IMG/VR virus record: IMGVR_UViG_3300003323_000950
Location: 1-64,000 of that record
From: a virus
Length of the DNA: 64,000 nt
Reading direction: 5' to 3' (one strand)
The notes beneath the pieces are model-generated. The model was not told where the DNA came from. It was given only the letters and a program-made list of their open reading frames with translations, and made no database searches. The position numbers were made by a program, and so were the translations under genes. Below are positions 8,034 to 17,078 of the stretch, piece after piece. Position 1 is the stretch's first letter. Each line of letters opens with the position of its first letter.

Positions 8034-8378
8034 TTAATATATTGTTATAGTTCTGTACTGGAAACATCCACCCTGTACGAGCCCGAACTCTGTTTCAATC
8101 CAGGGGCCGCAATTACTGCATGATTGTGATTGGTCTTGGCAGACTGCCCAACCACATCCATAAACAGAACCATAGTTTGCCCACTGGCTACACTGTAGTA
8201 ACATCGGGGCCACAATTTCCTCTTCATCCTCAATTACAAGGATGTAATGCGCGTAGGGCTGAAGTTCTTTTAGATTTTCTACAGTAACCTCGGTTACAGG
8301 TAATGGCTCAGATTTAGTTTGAGCTTGAGAAACAAAAGCGCAAAGCGCCACAACGAGCGTTAAAACTAACTTTTTCAT
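8034..8378 (-). CDS. Secreted protein with Cys-rich C-terminus
   Basis: Signal peptide MKKLVLTLVVALCAFVSQA|Q; 6 Cys in the last ~52 aa. Confidence 0.7.
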   Translation of the reverse strand: MKKLVLTLVVALCAFVSQAQTKSEPLPVTEVTVENLKELQPYAHYILVIEDEEEIVAPMLLQCSQWANYGSVYGCGWAVCQDQSQSCSNCGPWIETEFGLVQGGCFQYRTITIY

Positions 8379-8462
8379 AAAATGCCCTTACTTTACCCCC
8401 GGGCCAGAGGTTAAATTGTTAAATATTCTACCCGTTTCCTGAATCAATGTCGTGTTTCATAT

Positions 8463-8804
8463 CTACTTTCCGGTTGGTGGTTCAGTGTACGTAATGACTA
8501 CTTTTTTGCCGTCGTATTTTACAGTGGTATTGTCGGTGTGCACCTCTCTGGGCAATCCCCCTACGCTATCTATCACGTTGCCTGAGCCGAGATCTTTACT
8601 CCCTTCCTCTGAATTCCATATCCTAGGTTCTTTGGATATCTCTATTGAAGGTGTATTATCACCAAACACCCGCCCAGTGTATGAAGCCAGTGGTATGGGC
8701 CAAATGATAGGCCCTCCAGTATTAGTGTATTTTTTGGCAAATTCGGCCCATGATTCATAGCCCGCATACTGAGCGACTTTATCCTTTGCTTCCTGTAGTG
8801 TCAT
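8463..8804 (-). CDS. Hypothetical protein
   Basis: N-terminal MTLQEAKDKVAQYAGYESW; clean ORF. Confidence 0.65.
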   Translation of the reverse strand: MTLQEAKDKVAQYAGYESWAEFAKKYTNTGGPIIWPIPLASYTGRVFGDNTPSIEISKEPRIWNSEEGSKDLGSGNVIDSVGGLPREVHTDNTTVKYDGKKVVITYTEPPTGK

Positions 8805-8904
8805 GTTATTGTTTTTAACTGGGCCCTATCCGGCGTCAGGCCCGTTGATCCTTGCGCTTTGCCGGATCAGAGTTAATCATTCCCCATAAATTGCCGGGGT
8901 GGCG

Positions 8905-9411
8905 TTATTTTTTTGATTCAGAGATCATAGAATTCATTATGGCTATAAACTCATCAGTATCATGATGCCTGTAATATTTTATACCTCCTTCAAGAGCATT
9001 CCTAACGTTATCACGATGTATGTACCATTTATAACTTTTTGTTGTTGTCTGGATTGCATTTACGCCGAATTTCTTGGCAATATCAATTACGTCCATAGGA
9101 TGGAGACTGCCGCAGAAACTGCAACAACGGTCGCCGTTAGGCATTTTATTCCATACATCTATGTTTTCCTTTTTTTCCCAAGGTCCATATTCAGACATTC
9201 TACGACCACATGTCTGTCTTTCCAACAGATCAATTTCTGATTTATCAATAACAACAAACTCTTTTTCGACTTCGTATTTATGTTGCCGGTACGGCGTACT
9301 ACTATCAGAAAATAAGAATCTGAGCAAATAATCTCCACTTTCGTGAAATCCAACATGCTCTACAATGTGACCAGATCCGTTGTTTCTTTTTAGGTAATTT
9401 AAAATTTCCAT
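8905..9411 (-). CDS. Hypothetical protein with CCSFCGSLHP motif (start MEILNYLK)
   Basis: Start moved to 9411 to clear the tRNA-like element; putative metal-binding Cys/His. Confidence 0.7.
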   Translation of the reverse strand: MEILNYLKRNNGSGHIVEHVGFHESGDYLLRFLFSDSSTPYRQHKYEVEKEFVVIDKSEIDLLERQTCGRRMSEYGPWEKKENIDVWNKMPNGDRCCSFCGSLHPMDVIDIAKKFGVNAIQTTTKSYKWYIHRDNVRNALEGGIKYYRHHDTDEFIAIMNSMISESKK

Positions 9412-9430
9412 TGTTATATGATGATGATTT

Positions 9431-9513
9431 TGGGTGGATGGCCGGATTCGAACCGGCATTGTCACTGCGAATACTTAAATCACAGCTCGTATTACCATTA
9501 TACGACATCCACC
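9431..9513 (-). ncRNA. tRNA-like RNA 2 (His-like acceptor) with elongated, non-canonical anticodon arm
   Basis: G-GTGGATG/CATCCAC-C acceptor, D-arm GTAT-AATGGTA-ATAC, T-arm GCCGG-TTCGAAT-CCGGC; middle arm GCTGTGA-TTTAAGTAT-TCGCAGT (7 bp, 9-nt loop). Confidence 0.8.
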
Positions 9514-9737
9514 TTTTATCGGCCCCGCTATCCGATTACAACTCGGAAGATCATTTAAGACATAATGCTGTACACTCATCAAATCTTAAATAACATTATC
9601 GCAGGGCACTCGCTTTTAGTGTTTCAAAATAAACCGGCGGCTATTAACCCGTTACATGCCTTACCGCCGCCGGCGCCAGTAATCCTCTCTATGAAGAACG
9701 CCGCAGATACCTGGCATATATCCGCGAATAACAACCA

Positions 9738-10013
9738 TCAAACAATATAGTGCTTTCCGTCGCTCAGCGTGTTATGCTTTGCGTGTTGCATATTGATAAA
9801 TTCTTCCTTAACCCATTCTTTCACCTCCAACAGGGTCACCGAGAACTTACCGCTCAAATCTTCAAACTCGGTCCTGGCCAGATCTTCAAGATTGTACTTG
9901 GTATCTTCTGTGATCTCTCCTGTTTCAAGAGCAATCTTAAACAGGCCGGGATACTTCGTAATAAAAGCCTTAGCGCTTTGTCTTGCTTTCTGTTCTGCTT
10001 CCGTCTTATTCAT
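9738..10013 (-). CDS. Hypothetical protein, probably leaderless mRNA
   Basis: ATG only 4 nt after a TACATTTA -7 box. Confidence 0.7.
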   Translation of the reverse strand: MNKTEAEQKARQSAKAFITKYPGLFKIALETGEITEDTKYNLEDLARTEFEDLSGKFSVTLLEVKEWVKEEFINMQHAKHNTLSDGKHYIV

Positions 10014-10017
10014 GATG

Positions 10018-10049
10018 TAAATGTAACTTCAGGTTATTTAGAAAGCAAC
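10018..10049 (-). promoter_or_regulatory. Promoter with operator
   Basis: GTTG-N20-TACATTTA; GTAAC-TTCAG-GTTAT. Confidence 0.7.
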
Positions 10050-10063
10050 AATATTTTTAATTT

Positions 10064-10639
10064 TTATTTCAAAACAGCCGCGTACCCCTCTTCGGTGAGG
10101 CGCTTATGCAATTCCTCAGCCTTATGCATGTCGTTGATCGTTACGGTTACTATCCAACCGTTTTTCACATCTTCAGTTGTTTCGTCGGCCTTTGGGGTCA
10201 GGTTAAACTCGACTCTTCTGTTTTTCTTAAGTGAATCGAAGTTTGTGTTTACCGATAGCCAATCCGGTTGAATGTCAAATGTGAACTTCAAGTAGCCTTC
10301 ATTGGTCACCGTTCCGAATTGGCTACTGATCGCCAGAAGATTCTTTTTCGCTTCTTCAGCGTTGGCGCCGGGAACCAGAAGGTAAGGGATCTTGATCGGC
10401 TCTACATTTTCCATCCGGAAAACATACCGGCGTTGATTGCCATCGATAAGGTATAGCTTTTCGTCCTGCGGATTCTTCCACAGCACGAACGGGGACAGCA
10501 GCCCCTGGTTTATTAAACTGCTTCGAAGGCGGGCGTAATTGCTCTTCTTGAGCTCTTTAAGGCCTCCCTGAATATCCACCGGGTCTCGGTAATCTATAAC
10601 AGGTAGTTGTGATAGGTTTGGGTTGATGTTGATTTTCAT
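10064..10639 (-). CDS. ParB/Srx N-terminal domain protein
   Basis: LRSSLINQGLLSPFVLW...YLIDGNQRR. Confidence 0.8.
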   Translation of the reverse strand: MKININPNLSQLPVIDYRDPVDIQGGLKELKKSNYARLRSSLINQGLLSPFVLWKNPQDEKLYLIDGNQRRYVFRMENVEPIKIPYLLVPGANAEEAKKNLLAISSQFGTVTNEGYLKFTFDIQPDWLSVNTNFDSLKKNRRVEFNLTPKADETTEDVKNGWIVTVTINDMHKAEELHKRLTEEGYAAVLK

Positions 10640-10644
10640 CGTTT

Positions 10645-11103
10645 CTATTCGAGTTTATTGATTCTATCTATTGGCAGCACGATCTCGCTGTCGTATGAGT
10701 TTTTGACTGTTACCCATTTTCCAGATATCTGCTCTTCTGTGATTTTCGGGTATTGAACGGCGAGCCATGCTTCTTTGTCCTTTATGCCAGATATGTGTTT
10801 GAAATCGCGATCGATCGCCATTATTATACCGCATCGGGAAACATCCAGTGAATCGCATACGCGGTCGCCCAAGCGGATGATGTCGTCGCTTTTGCTTACA
10901 AAATCGATGTGGCTAACATCGTCGCTCACTGCTGTAGCGGTGATTGTCGCGCGTATCAGCGAGATGTCCGCATCGAAGAAATCCTCCGACGCGGCAAGAA
11001 TCGCTTTCTTGATAAGTTTTAGATGGTGATTGTTGACTGGAGTATCTGTAACCAGGTCCAATTTATAGCTAGTTTTATACTCGCTGTTGCTTTTCATTTT
11101 CAT
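10645..11103 (-). CDS. Hypothetical protein
   Basis: ORF in operon. Confidence 0.65.
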   Translation of the reverse strand: MKMKSNSEYKTSYKLDLVTDTPVNNHHLKLIKKAILAASEDFFDADISLIRATITATAVSDDVSHIDFVSKSDDIIRLGDRVCDSLDVSRCGIIMAIDRDFKHISGIKDKEAWLAVQYPKITEEQISGKWVTVKNSYDSEIVLPIDRINKLE

Positions 11104-11135
11104 AGTTAAGGATGTTTACAGCGAATATAAACAGG

Positions 11136-11972
11136 CTAGTCCATTTTGTCGTGCGGCAATATTTCATGCTCTGGCGGCGAAGGCGGCAAGATAGTATCGA
11201 AGATGCTGTCGAAGTTCAATGCATGTTTGATCCACATCTTAGTATCAAGCGTGAAATCAGATTTGAGCATCCATTCGGCATATTGCCGGTCCGATGTTAT
11301 CGTTTTGTTAATGTTCTTTCCGAAGTTGTAAACGATGTGTCTGTTCTCGTTCAGCGCAAGCTTACCGGCAAAGTCAACGATCTGTTTGCCGTTTGTTGCT
11401 ATTTTGTGGTACTCTTCGATGCCTTCTCCGATAACATCGGAATGATTGTCTACCTGGCAAGCAAAAACTATTTTTGCTACCTCAGTATCGTACTCAGCGC
11501 CGTGGGCCTTCTTGTCGTCCATCTCCAGGCCGGTGTAGTGCTTGTAACAGGCGCCGAGTGTACGCGGCATGATAACTGATTGATTCTTCAGCGTGTCGAT
11601 GAAACGGGTTTCCTTGTTTATTACACCATGATGGCCAGCGCGTAAAAGCTCTTCGGCCAACAGCGGCAAATCAAAGCCCATGATATTGTGGCCTGCCAGA
11701 TCACAGCCACTAATGAAGTTGGCAATTACAGAAGCGACTTCAGAGAACGGCGGATGGAAAGCAAGTAATTCATCGGTAATACCTGTCACTTCTACGGCGC
11801 CAGGCGACATGGGCACAGTAGGGTTGACATAGAAACTGATTTTGTCGATAATTTCTTCATGACTGAGATAGCGCTGAAGATCAACCTTTACCATGGAAAT
11901 CTCTGCTATCCTGGCGGTGGCTGGATTTGTATCCGTGGCCTCAAGATCGAAGAATACTACTGGTCTACTCAT
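11136..11972 (-). CDS. DnaQ/DEDDh 3'-5' exonuclease (Pol III epsilon-like)
   Basis: FFDLEAT (ExoI), GHNIMGFDLPLL (ExoII), AHGAEYDT (ExoIII). Confidence 0.92.
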   Translation of the reverse strand: MSRPVVFFDLEATDTNPATARIAEISMVKVDLQRYLSHEEIIDKISFYVNPTVPMSPGAVEVTGITDELLAFHPPFSEVASVIANFISGCDLAGHNIMGFDLPLLAEELLRAGHHGVINKETRFIDTLKNQSVIMPRTLGACYKHYTGLEMDDKKAHGAEYDTEVAKIVFACQVDNHSDVIGEGIEEYHKIATNGKQIVDFAGKLALNENRHIVYNFGKNINKTITSDRQYAEWMLKSDFTLDTKMWIKHALNFDSIFDTILPPSPPEHEILPHDKMD

Positions 11973-11981
11973 TGGTTTATT

Positions 11982-13625
11982 TTAGTTTGATTGTGTCTCT
12001 GCAGATGTCTTCTTCGCGCGCATGTCCGCTCGGGCCTTGGCTGAGGCAGCTTTCATAACTGCCTTGTCGTCGATAGAAGTCTGGCCGATCAATAACGCCT
12101 TTGATTTATCCTGTCCGTTGCCCATGGAAGCGAGGAATACAATATCAAGAAGTAAAAATTCAATTCGCTTCTTATCCTTGGCGGGGCTCGTCGATGTGTT
12201 ATTGTTAAGGTTGTCTACGATTTCGTCAAAGTCCAATGTGAAGAATACATCTTCTGATATCTCGACACCTGGTTTGATATCCATCGGCGTCCAGTGTTCA
12301 CCATCAAGCAGCGCCTGAACATTCAAAGTGAGGTCGTACTTTTTACATAGATCATATACAACTTTGTTCTCAAGCTGGATCTCTGACCAAATCTTGGCGA
12401 TGGCGATGATCTGCGCCATGTTATGCAGGCCGGTATCGCGCCGGCATTCATTATCGCGAAAAGCTTCCCAAAGGAGGTTATCGTAATTAGCCTCGGCTGC
12501 TGCTTTGAGATCCATCTGTTCTGCCTGCTCCCGGCTCACTTCTGGCTGAGGCGTTGAATCTATAGGCTCAGGTTTTTTCTCTTCAGTCTTAGATGAATTA
12601 ATAATCCGTATGTATCCGGATTCGATTGCTTTTTCGTGGCTTTTGGATGGACCGACGAAAACGGCATATACCAGATCCTTTAAGCTTTTTTCCTTCTTGG
12701 CATCTACTGGCTGATAATTGTCAATACTTATGATGTCGCCGAGATCTTTGTAGTGTTTTTCAGCACCAGGATATCGGGCTGCATAAACCACGGTTCGCAT
12801 TTTTTCGCTGTACTGGCGATGAAGGTCTTGATAATGCGCAATGTGTTTATCTCGATAACAGGAAAGGTCGAGGCATTTATCTGAATCTGTCATATCCTTG
12901 AACAGTCCCGGCATCGTTCGCTTCATGCATGACATGCAAGAACCGCATGCAGCTAATTTTTCAGACGACACATCGAAATCAGCCCAGGCCAAAGGCATAA
13001 GGACATTGTGATCGAAGAAAGCTTTCAAATCCTTCAGTCCCGAAAACATGGGCTGTTCTACGCCGTTTACGATCACATTGACGATTGTCATATTCAGCGC
13101 TTCCTTCTGCAATTTCTGCTCTAGCTGCGAAATCTTTATGGCTGCTGTTACTGGTAGAATATCCTTCTCTAAATACTGCTTAGCCTCGGGAATGAGATTA
13201 ACGAGCCGGATGCGGCTATATACGTACTCCTCTGTCTTGCCAAATTTATTGGCTATATCGATAAGCTGCACGCCTCGGCGCTTCTTCAGTATGCTGTCGT
13301 ATGCCTCTCCTTCATCCAGAGGTGTAAGATCCTCACGGTTCAGGTTTTCAGCCACTTGCATGTCGAATACCTGATCATCGTTAAGCTCCAATATTTTACA
13401 TGAAATATTGGTCCATCCAAGCGCGGTAGCAGCCCTGAATCGACGTTCTCCAAATACAATTTCATAGACCCCTGTAGGCAACAGCCGAACACCAAGCGGC
13501 TCCAGAAGACCATGCTGGTTCATACTGGTCGCAAGCTCTTGAATATTTGATTCTGAGAAGTGTTTACGTGGGTTGGTAGGGCTCGTGCGGATCAGAGCCA
13601 AATGTAGTGATGTGTATTTTTCCAT
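11982..13625 (-). CDS. ParB/RepB/Spo0J family protein with Cys cluster
   Basis: NPRKHF...GLLEPLGVR...YEIVFGERRFRA...ENLNREDLTPLDEG; HTH; CMSCMKRT...CLDLSC. Confidence 0.9.
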   Translation of the reverse strand: MEKYTSLHLALIRTSPTNPRKHFSESNIQELATSMNQHGLLEPLGVRLLPTGVYEIVFGERRFRAATALGWTNISCKILELNDDQVFDMQVAENLNREDLTPLDEGEAYDSILKKRRGVQLIDIANKFGKTEEYVYSRIRLVNLIPEAKQYLEKDILPVTAAIKISQLEQKLQKEALNMTIVNVIVNGVEQPMFSGLKDLKAFFDHNVLMPLAWADFDVSSEKLAACGSCMSCMKRTMPGLFKDMTDSDKCLDLSCYRDKHIAHYQDLHRQYSEKMRTVVYAARYPGAEKHYKDLGDIISIDNYQPVDAKKEKSLKDLVYAVFVGPSKSHEKAIESGYIRIINSSKTEEKKPEPIDSTPQPEVSREQAEQMDLKAAAEANYDNLLWEAFRDNECRRDTGLHNMAQIIAIAKIWSEIQLENKVVYDLCKKYDLTLNVQALLDGEHWTPMDIKPGVEISEDVFFTLDFDEIVDNLNNNTSTSPAKDKKRIEFLLLDIVFLASMGNGQDKSKALLIGQTSIDDKAVMKAASAKARADMRAKKTSAETQSN

Positions 13626-13667
13626 ATAAAAAAAGGGACGTTTCTTTTGTAAGGGGACGGCATTTGG

Positions 13668-14135
13668 CTACTTCAAGTCATCAGAGACTTTATAACCGAG
13701 CTCGCAGAGCAGGAAAATGATAGTGCCGATGTTGTCGGGAAAGTCCAACATCTCGCCATCATTCTTCATGCGGTAAATACTCCAGTTTTTGGTAATGAAT
13801 ACGACAGAGCCATCGTATCCAAGCATAATCTGCTTTTCGCTTGGAATGACGTTTAGCGGTTCGCCAAGGCCTTTACCGCCAAATCTCAGATGCGCGATGA
13901 TGTCGGCCAGATGCTGCTCGGTCAGGGAAGAAAAAGACCTCAGCGCAGGCGTAACCATATCACCATCCACCCACTGCGAGCGCTCGCCAGACTTGATCTG
14001 GACGCCGCTGTCCTCCATATCCACGTTTTCAATCTGCCCAGTCTGGTTGTGCTCCTCGCCAAGGACCATAGCGAAAGCACCGATATAATGCTTTAAAAAG
14101 GTCCACCGGCTTAATTTTTCCATTTGAATGGTCAT
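13668..14135 (-). CDS. Hypothetical protein (start MTIQMEKL)
   Basis: Start moved below the operator/promoter at 14154-14174. Confidence 0.7.
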   Translation of the reverse strand: MTIQMEKLSRWTFLKHYIGAFAMVLGEEHNQTGQIENVDMEDSGVQIKSGERSQWVDGDMVTPALRSFSSLTEQHLADIIAHLRFGGKGLGEPLNVIPSEKQIMLGYDGSVVFITKNWSIYRMKNDGEMLDFPDNIGTIIFLLCELGYKVSDDLK

Positions 14136-14153
14136 AAAAATTGGGGTTTTAGT

Positions 14154-14174
14154 AAAATGTAACTTCGCATTACA
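14154..14174 (-). promoter_or_regulatory. Operator overlapping a -7-like box
   Basis: TGTAAC-TTCGC-ATTACA; minus strand TACATTTT. Confidence 0.65.
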
Positions 14175-14251
14175 AATAAATGCTATTTGCATGCGAAGTC
14201 AAAATATTTTATCTAAAATTTGGAAAAATGACCTGCCAGGAGTATTGCGCC

Positions 14252-14470
14252 CTATTTCTGATAGGCGAGGCTGAAATCTTGGGCTTTCTCGTTCCAGATA
14301 ATGTAACGGAAACGCCCCATAACGGTATAATCAAGCTTGCCGTTTACAAGATTGTAATCTAACGCCTGATTGCTGGTGTAGGTTATGCCGCGGGCAGCTT
14401 TGAACTCCTCGAGGCTCAGTAGCTTATATTCAACTCCATCGATGATGATGTTTGGCCGCGGATATTCCAT
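14252..14470 (-). CDS. Small hypothetical protein, possibly DNA-binding (start MEYPRPN)
   Basis: TAATG coupling with the upstream gene; LSLEEFKAARG...ALDYNLVNGKL resembles excisionase-type wHTH. Confidence 0.55.
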   Translation of the reverse strand: MEYPRPNIIIDGVEYKLLSLEEFKAARGITYTSNQALDYNLVNGKLDYTVMGRFRYIIWNEKAQDFSLAYQK

Positions 14471-15108
14471 TAACGCCTTATGATAATTATTATCACCAAA
14501 AATAGGATGATCGCGATCAGAATCCAAAATAACGACGTTTTCCAAAATTGTTGCCGGCTGCCGTCGAGAGTTACATGCTGCGTTTGAACATCCTTTTTTA
14601 CCGTTTGCTCCTTGATCTTGTAAAAAACTGAAGCAAGCTGCCCGCCCTTGATCGTGGTTTCAATGTTTATTCGATCGTCGTTGAAAACATAGACGCTGTC
14701 GATGGCATACCCGCGCATGAACTTGTCCCGTGCCAGCTTGATCTGCTGATTGACTTTATAGGATTCAGCGAGCGCCCGCTCCCTGGCTGATGCCAGAAGG
14801 TTACCAGACGCTATTGCGCGGCGTAGAGAATCGTTTCTCAGCACGAGGCTGTCATAGTCACCTGCATCCTTATTGAATGCGGCAGAATCGATTTGTGGGG
14901 TTATCAGGACCTCCCGAGTTTCGCCTGGAACGATTATCTCCACGGTGAGCATCTTGTTTACCGAGTCTGCCACGCTGGGATCTAAGCGAATGCCTTTTTG
15001 GATTTTGTCAAAGCCTCGGCGTACTAGGGAACGCGCGCGCTGCTTGGTGGATATGCAGCTGCTGGCGAGTAGCGCAATTAAGAGTACAGAAAGGGTTATT
15101 TTTTTCAT
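14470..15108 (-). CDS. Lipoprotein with C-terminal TM helix, unimolecular-spanin architecture
   Basis: Lipobox LLASSC; C-terminal FWILIAIILFLVIIIIIRR; at the end of the lysis cassette. Confidence 0.65.
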   Translation of the reverse strand: MKKITLSVLLIALLASSCISTKQRARSLVRRGFDKIQKGIRLDPSVADSVNKMLTVEIIVPGETREVLITPQIDSAAFNKDAGDYDSLVLRNDSLRRAIASGNLLASARERALAESYKVNQQIKLARDKFMRGYAIDSVYVFNDDRINIETTIKGGQLASVFYKIKEQTVKKDVQTQHVTLDGSRQQFWKTSLFWILIAIILFLVIIIIIRR

Positions 15109-15563
15109 GTTTGTCGCTCGGTGTAGTCTTTGACAGCCTTACGAACTGAATCGTCGAATATCTTGTATAAGCTTCCCACCATTGTCAATTCTTGATTCCG
15201 CGCTTGGGTTAGGGCCTGAATAATGGATTCTAAATCCCATCCGTACGCCATCGATTTCTTTTTCAATTCGATCAAACAGTTGTCGATCACCATGAAAAGT
15301 ATTTGTATCAGTCCACGCGTGCTGCAGACAATCGGCAAAGGTCCAACGTGGTTGATTCGGTGGATTAAGTCGTTCGACTCGTCTATGTGCTGTTTCTTTA
15401 TTGCCTCCAATTCCTCCAGGTGCTTCTGCTGCATTAAATGCAATTGCATTTGATGTTTGAGTAGAAGCTTTTTTACGGCGCGGGCGAGGAATAGCAGATG
15501 TAGCGGCAAAGAAGCAAGCAAGCCAAGCAAGAACATCCCGAATAGCATCAGGTAAAAGTTCAC
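15105..15563 (-). CDS. Membrane-anchored helical protein (lysis region)
   Basis: N-terminal TM FYLMLFGMFLLGLLASLPLHLLFLA. Confidence 0.65.
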   Translation of the reverse strand: MNFYLMLFGMFLLGLLASLPLHLLFLARAVKKLLLKHQMQLHLMQQKHLEELEAIKKQHIDESNDLIHRINHVGPLPIVCSTRGLIQILFMVIDNCLIELKKKSMAYGWDLESIIQALTQARNQELTMVGSLYKIFDDSVRKAVKDYTERQT

Positions 15564-16015
15564 GGATTAAAAATGTTTCGGATTTCATTACATAATTTTA
15601 AAAATGGTTTCGCGGCTATTAATACGAAGTAGGCAACCAATTTAATGGTGTTGATGTCGAAGCCGCCCGGCAGGACATCGTCATTATAGCGCAAAACGAA
15701 ATCAAAAAGTGTTGCCACCTCCAAAACGATAAAGCAGATCACATTCGTCCTGTTTTTGGGCATGAAAATGCATACCAAAAAAAGAATTGTGGCCTGGTAG
15801 ATAATTCTGGATACATGTTCGGATGACAAGTAAACGACCCACTCGGCTGGTATTTGCTTGTCTGAAAGAGGAAACTTGTACAGTTTTTCTGCCGGCACAA
15901 CGTTATGAATAACCATAACGCCGACGCCGGCATACATCATAATCTGTAGCACCTGTTCCTTATTGCGAACCAGCATTCCCCATACATACGCCGGCCTGCT
16001 CTTCAGCCATCGCAT
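15560..16015 (-). CDS. Multi-pass membrane protein (lysis region; start uncertain)
   Basis: About 4 hydrophobic segments. Confidence 0.6.
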   Translation of the reverse strand: MRWLKSRPAYVWGMLVRNKEQVLQIMMYAGVGVMVIHNVVPAEKLYKFPLSDKQIPAEWVVYLSSEHVSRIIYQATILFLVCIFMPKNRTNVICFIVLEVATLFDFVLRYNDDVLPGGFDINTIKLVAYFVLIAAKPFLKLCNEIRNIFNP

Positions 16016-16122
16016 AAAATTATGGTATACCGCAAAAAATAGCTGTATGACAGCTGCGGTATTATGCTTTACGATATGTACGAGTGTGGTTATCAAAGGG
16101 GAATAAAGAAGGGTCTAAAACT

Positions 16123-16290
16123 TTAATTGCTGCCAGGTGGTTTGGTCGGCGGCGGTGTGATGGGCTTGCCGTTGTCGTCGTCGACACCGTTTGTTTCCGG
16201 CAGCTCGGGCTCAGGCACCGGCGTAGGCGCAGGTACGCAATCTTGAGTCTGTTCGTTTTCCGGTGAGGTCTCTTTAGGATCTGGTTCCAT
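16123..16290 (-). CDS. Pro/acid-rich 55-aa peptide (not in ORF track)
   Basis: MEPDPKETSPENEQTQDCVPAPTPVPEPELPETNGVDDDNGKPITPPPTKPPGSN; A-rich leader. Confidence 0.6.
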   Translation of the reverse strand: MEPDPKETSPENEQTQDCVPAPTPVPEPELPETNGVDDDNGKPITPPPTKPPGSN

Positions 16291-16300
16291 AAATTTTTAA

Positions 16301-16747
16301 TTATTGTTTTGTTCTTGCGACTAGCAAGGTAGCAGATAAAACTGAAAGAAACCCAACACTTCCTTTTAGTAGATTTATGTTATTGATATCGTGCTTTAAA
16401 ATATTAAGGCGTTGTTGGTATTTGGTAGACGACTTCTGATAATACTTCAGACTTTTATTCAGCGTTACGATATCTTCCTGGAGATCGCGTTCGGATGCTT
16501 CATGAACGCGTACTTGATTTGTAAGATATACTATCTGTGATTGTTCCTGAGTACACAATGAAGTTCTCAAGCGCTTATTTTCGGCATTGAGAACGCCGAT
16601 ACTGTCGAATAGATGGACTGATGTTTTTCGCGCGGCGTCGCGTTCTCGGACAAGGCGATTATAATCAGACTCGCTGATGATCCTATCTTGGCACCACGCG
16701 CTGAAGGCTCCGAATATAATTACGCAAAGAATCAACCCTTTTTTCAC
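16301..16747 (-). CDS. Exported coiled-coil protein, spanin-like
   Basis: Signal peptide, coiled coil, hydrophobic C-terminus; overlaps the upstream gene. Confidence 0.55.
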   Translation of the reverse strand: MKKGLILCVIIFGAFSAWCQDRIISESDYNRLVRERDAARKTSVHLFDSIGVLNAENKRLRTSLCTQEQSQIVYLTNQVRVHEASERDLQEDIVTLNKSLKYYQKSSTKYQQRLNILKHDINNINLLKGSVGFLSVLSATLLVARTKQ

Positions 16748-17078
16748 AATCTGTCCTGGTTTTTTCGATGATCTTCTTCTGCTTATTGATGGTGAATGAC
16801 TTGTCTTTTGTGTCCCCCTCGTATATCGTAATCATGATGCTGTCTTCCTTGACACGGAATAAAAGTTCTTTTGTTAGCCGGCTGTATACATAAATGATGC
16901 TGTCCTTTTTCTGCATGACGCTATCCTGAATCTGCAGCGTGCTGTCCGTTTGGATAAGGATTTGATGTGTTTTCAGAGTCGACCGCTTCGCTTCATACGT
17001 CACAATCATGATCAAAATCAATATACCAACGGCAGCTATGACAAATTTATATTCCTTTAAAACATCACTTACTTTCAT
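16683..17078 (-). CDS. N-terminal TM plus periplasmic coiled coil, i-spanin-like
   Basis: FVIAAVGILILIMIVTY followed by a DS-rich helical region. Confidence 0.55.
   Translation of the reverse strand: MKVSDVLKEYKFVIAAVGILILIMIVTYEAKRSTLKTHQILIQTDSTLQIQDSVMQKKDSIIYVYSRLTKELLFRVKEDSIMITIYEGDTKDKSFTINKQKKIIEKTRTDCEKRVDSLRNYIRSLQRVVPR

Noticed and set aside
8815-8876. HDV-like/theta ribozyme
   Set aside because: No P3/L3 or P1.1 elements; also no theta-like fold directly after the tRNA-like elements
7956-9513. Functional tRNA-Ser(CGA) and tRNA-His(GTG)/Leu(TAA) calls
   Set aside because: Neither element forms a 5-bp stem with a 7-nt U33 anticodon loop, so they are reported as tRNA-like only
9540-9630. 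Hammerhead ribozyme (minus-strand GAAAC...TGATGAG)
   Set aside because: No UH cleavage site after the putative stem III, TTGATGA instead of CTGATGA, and no stem II
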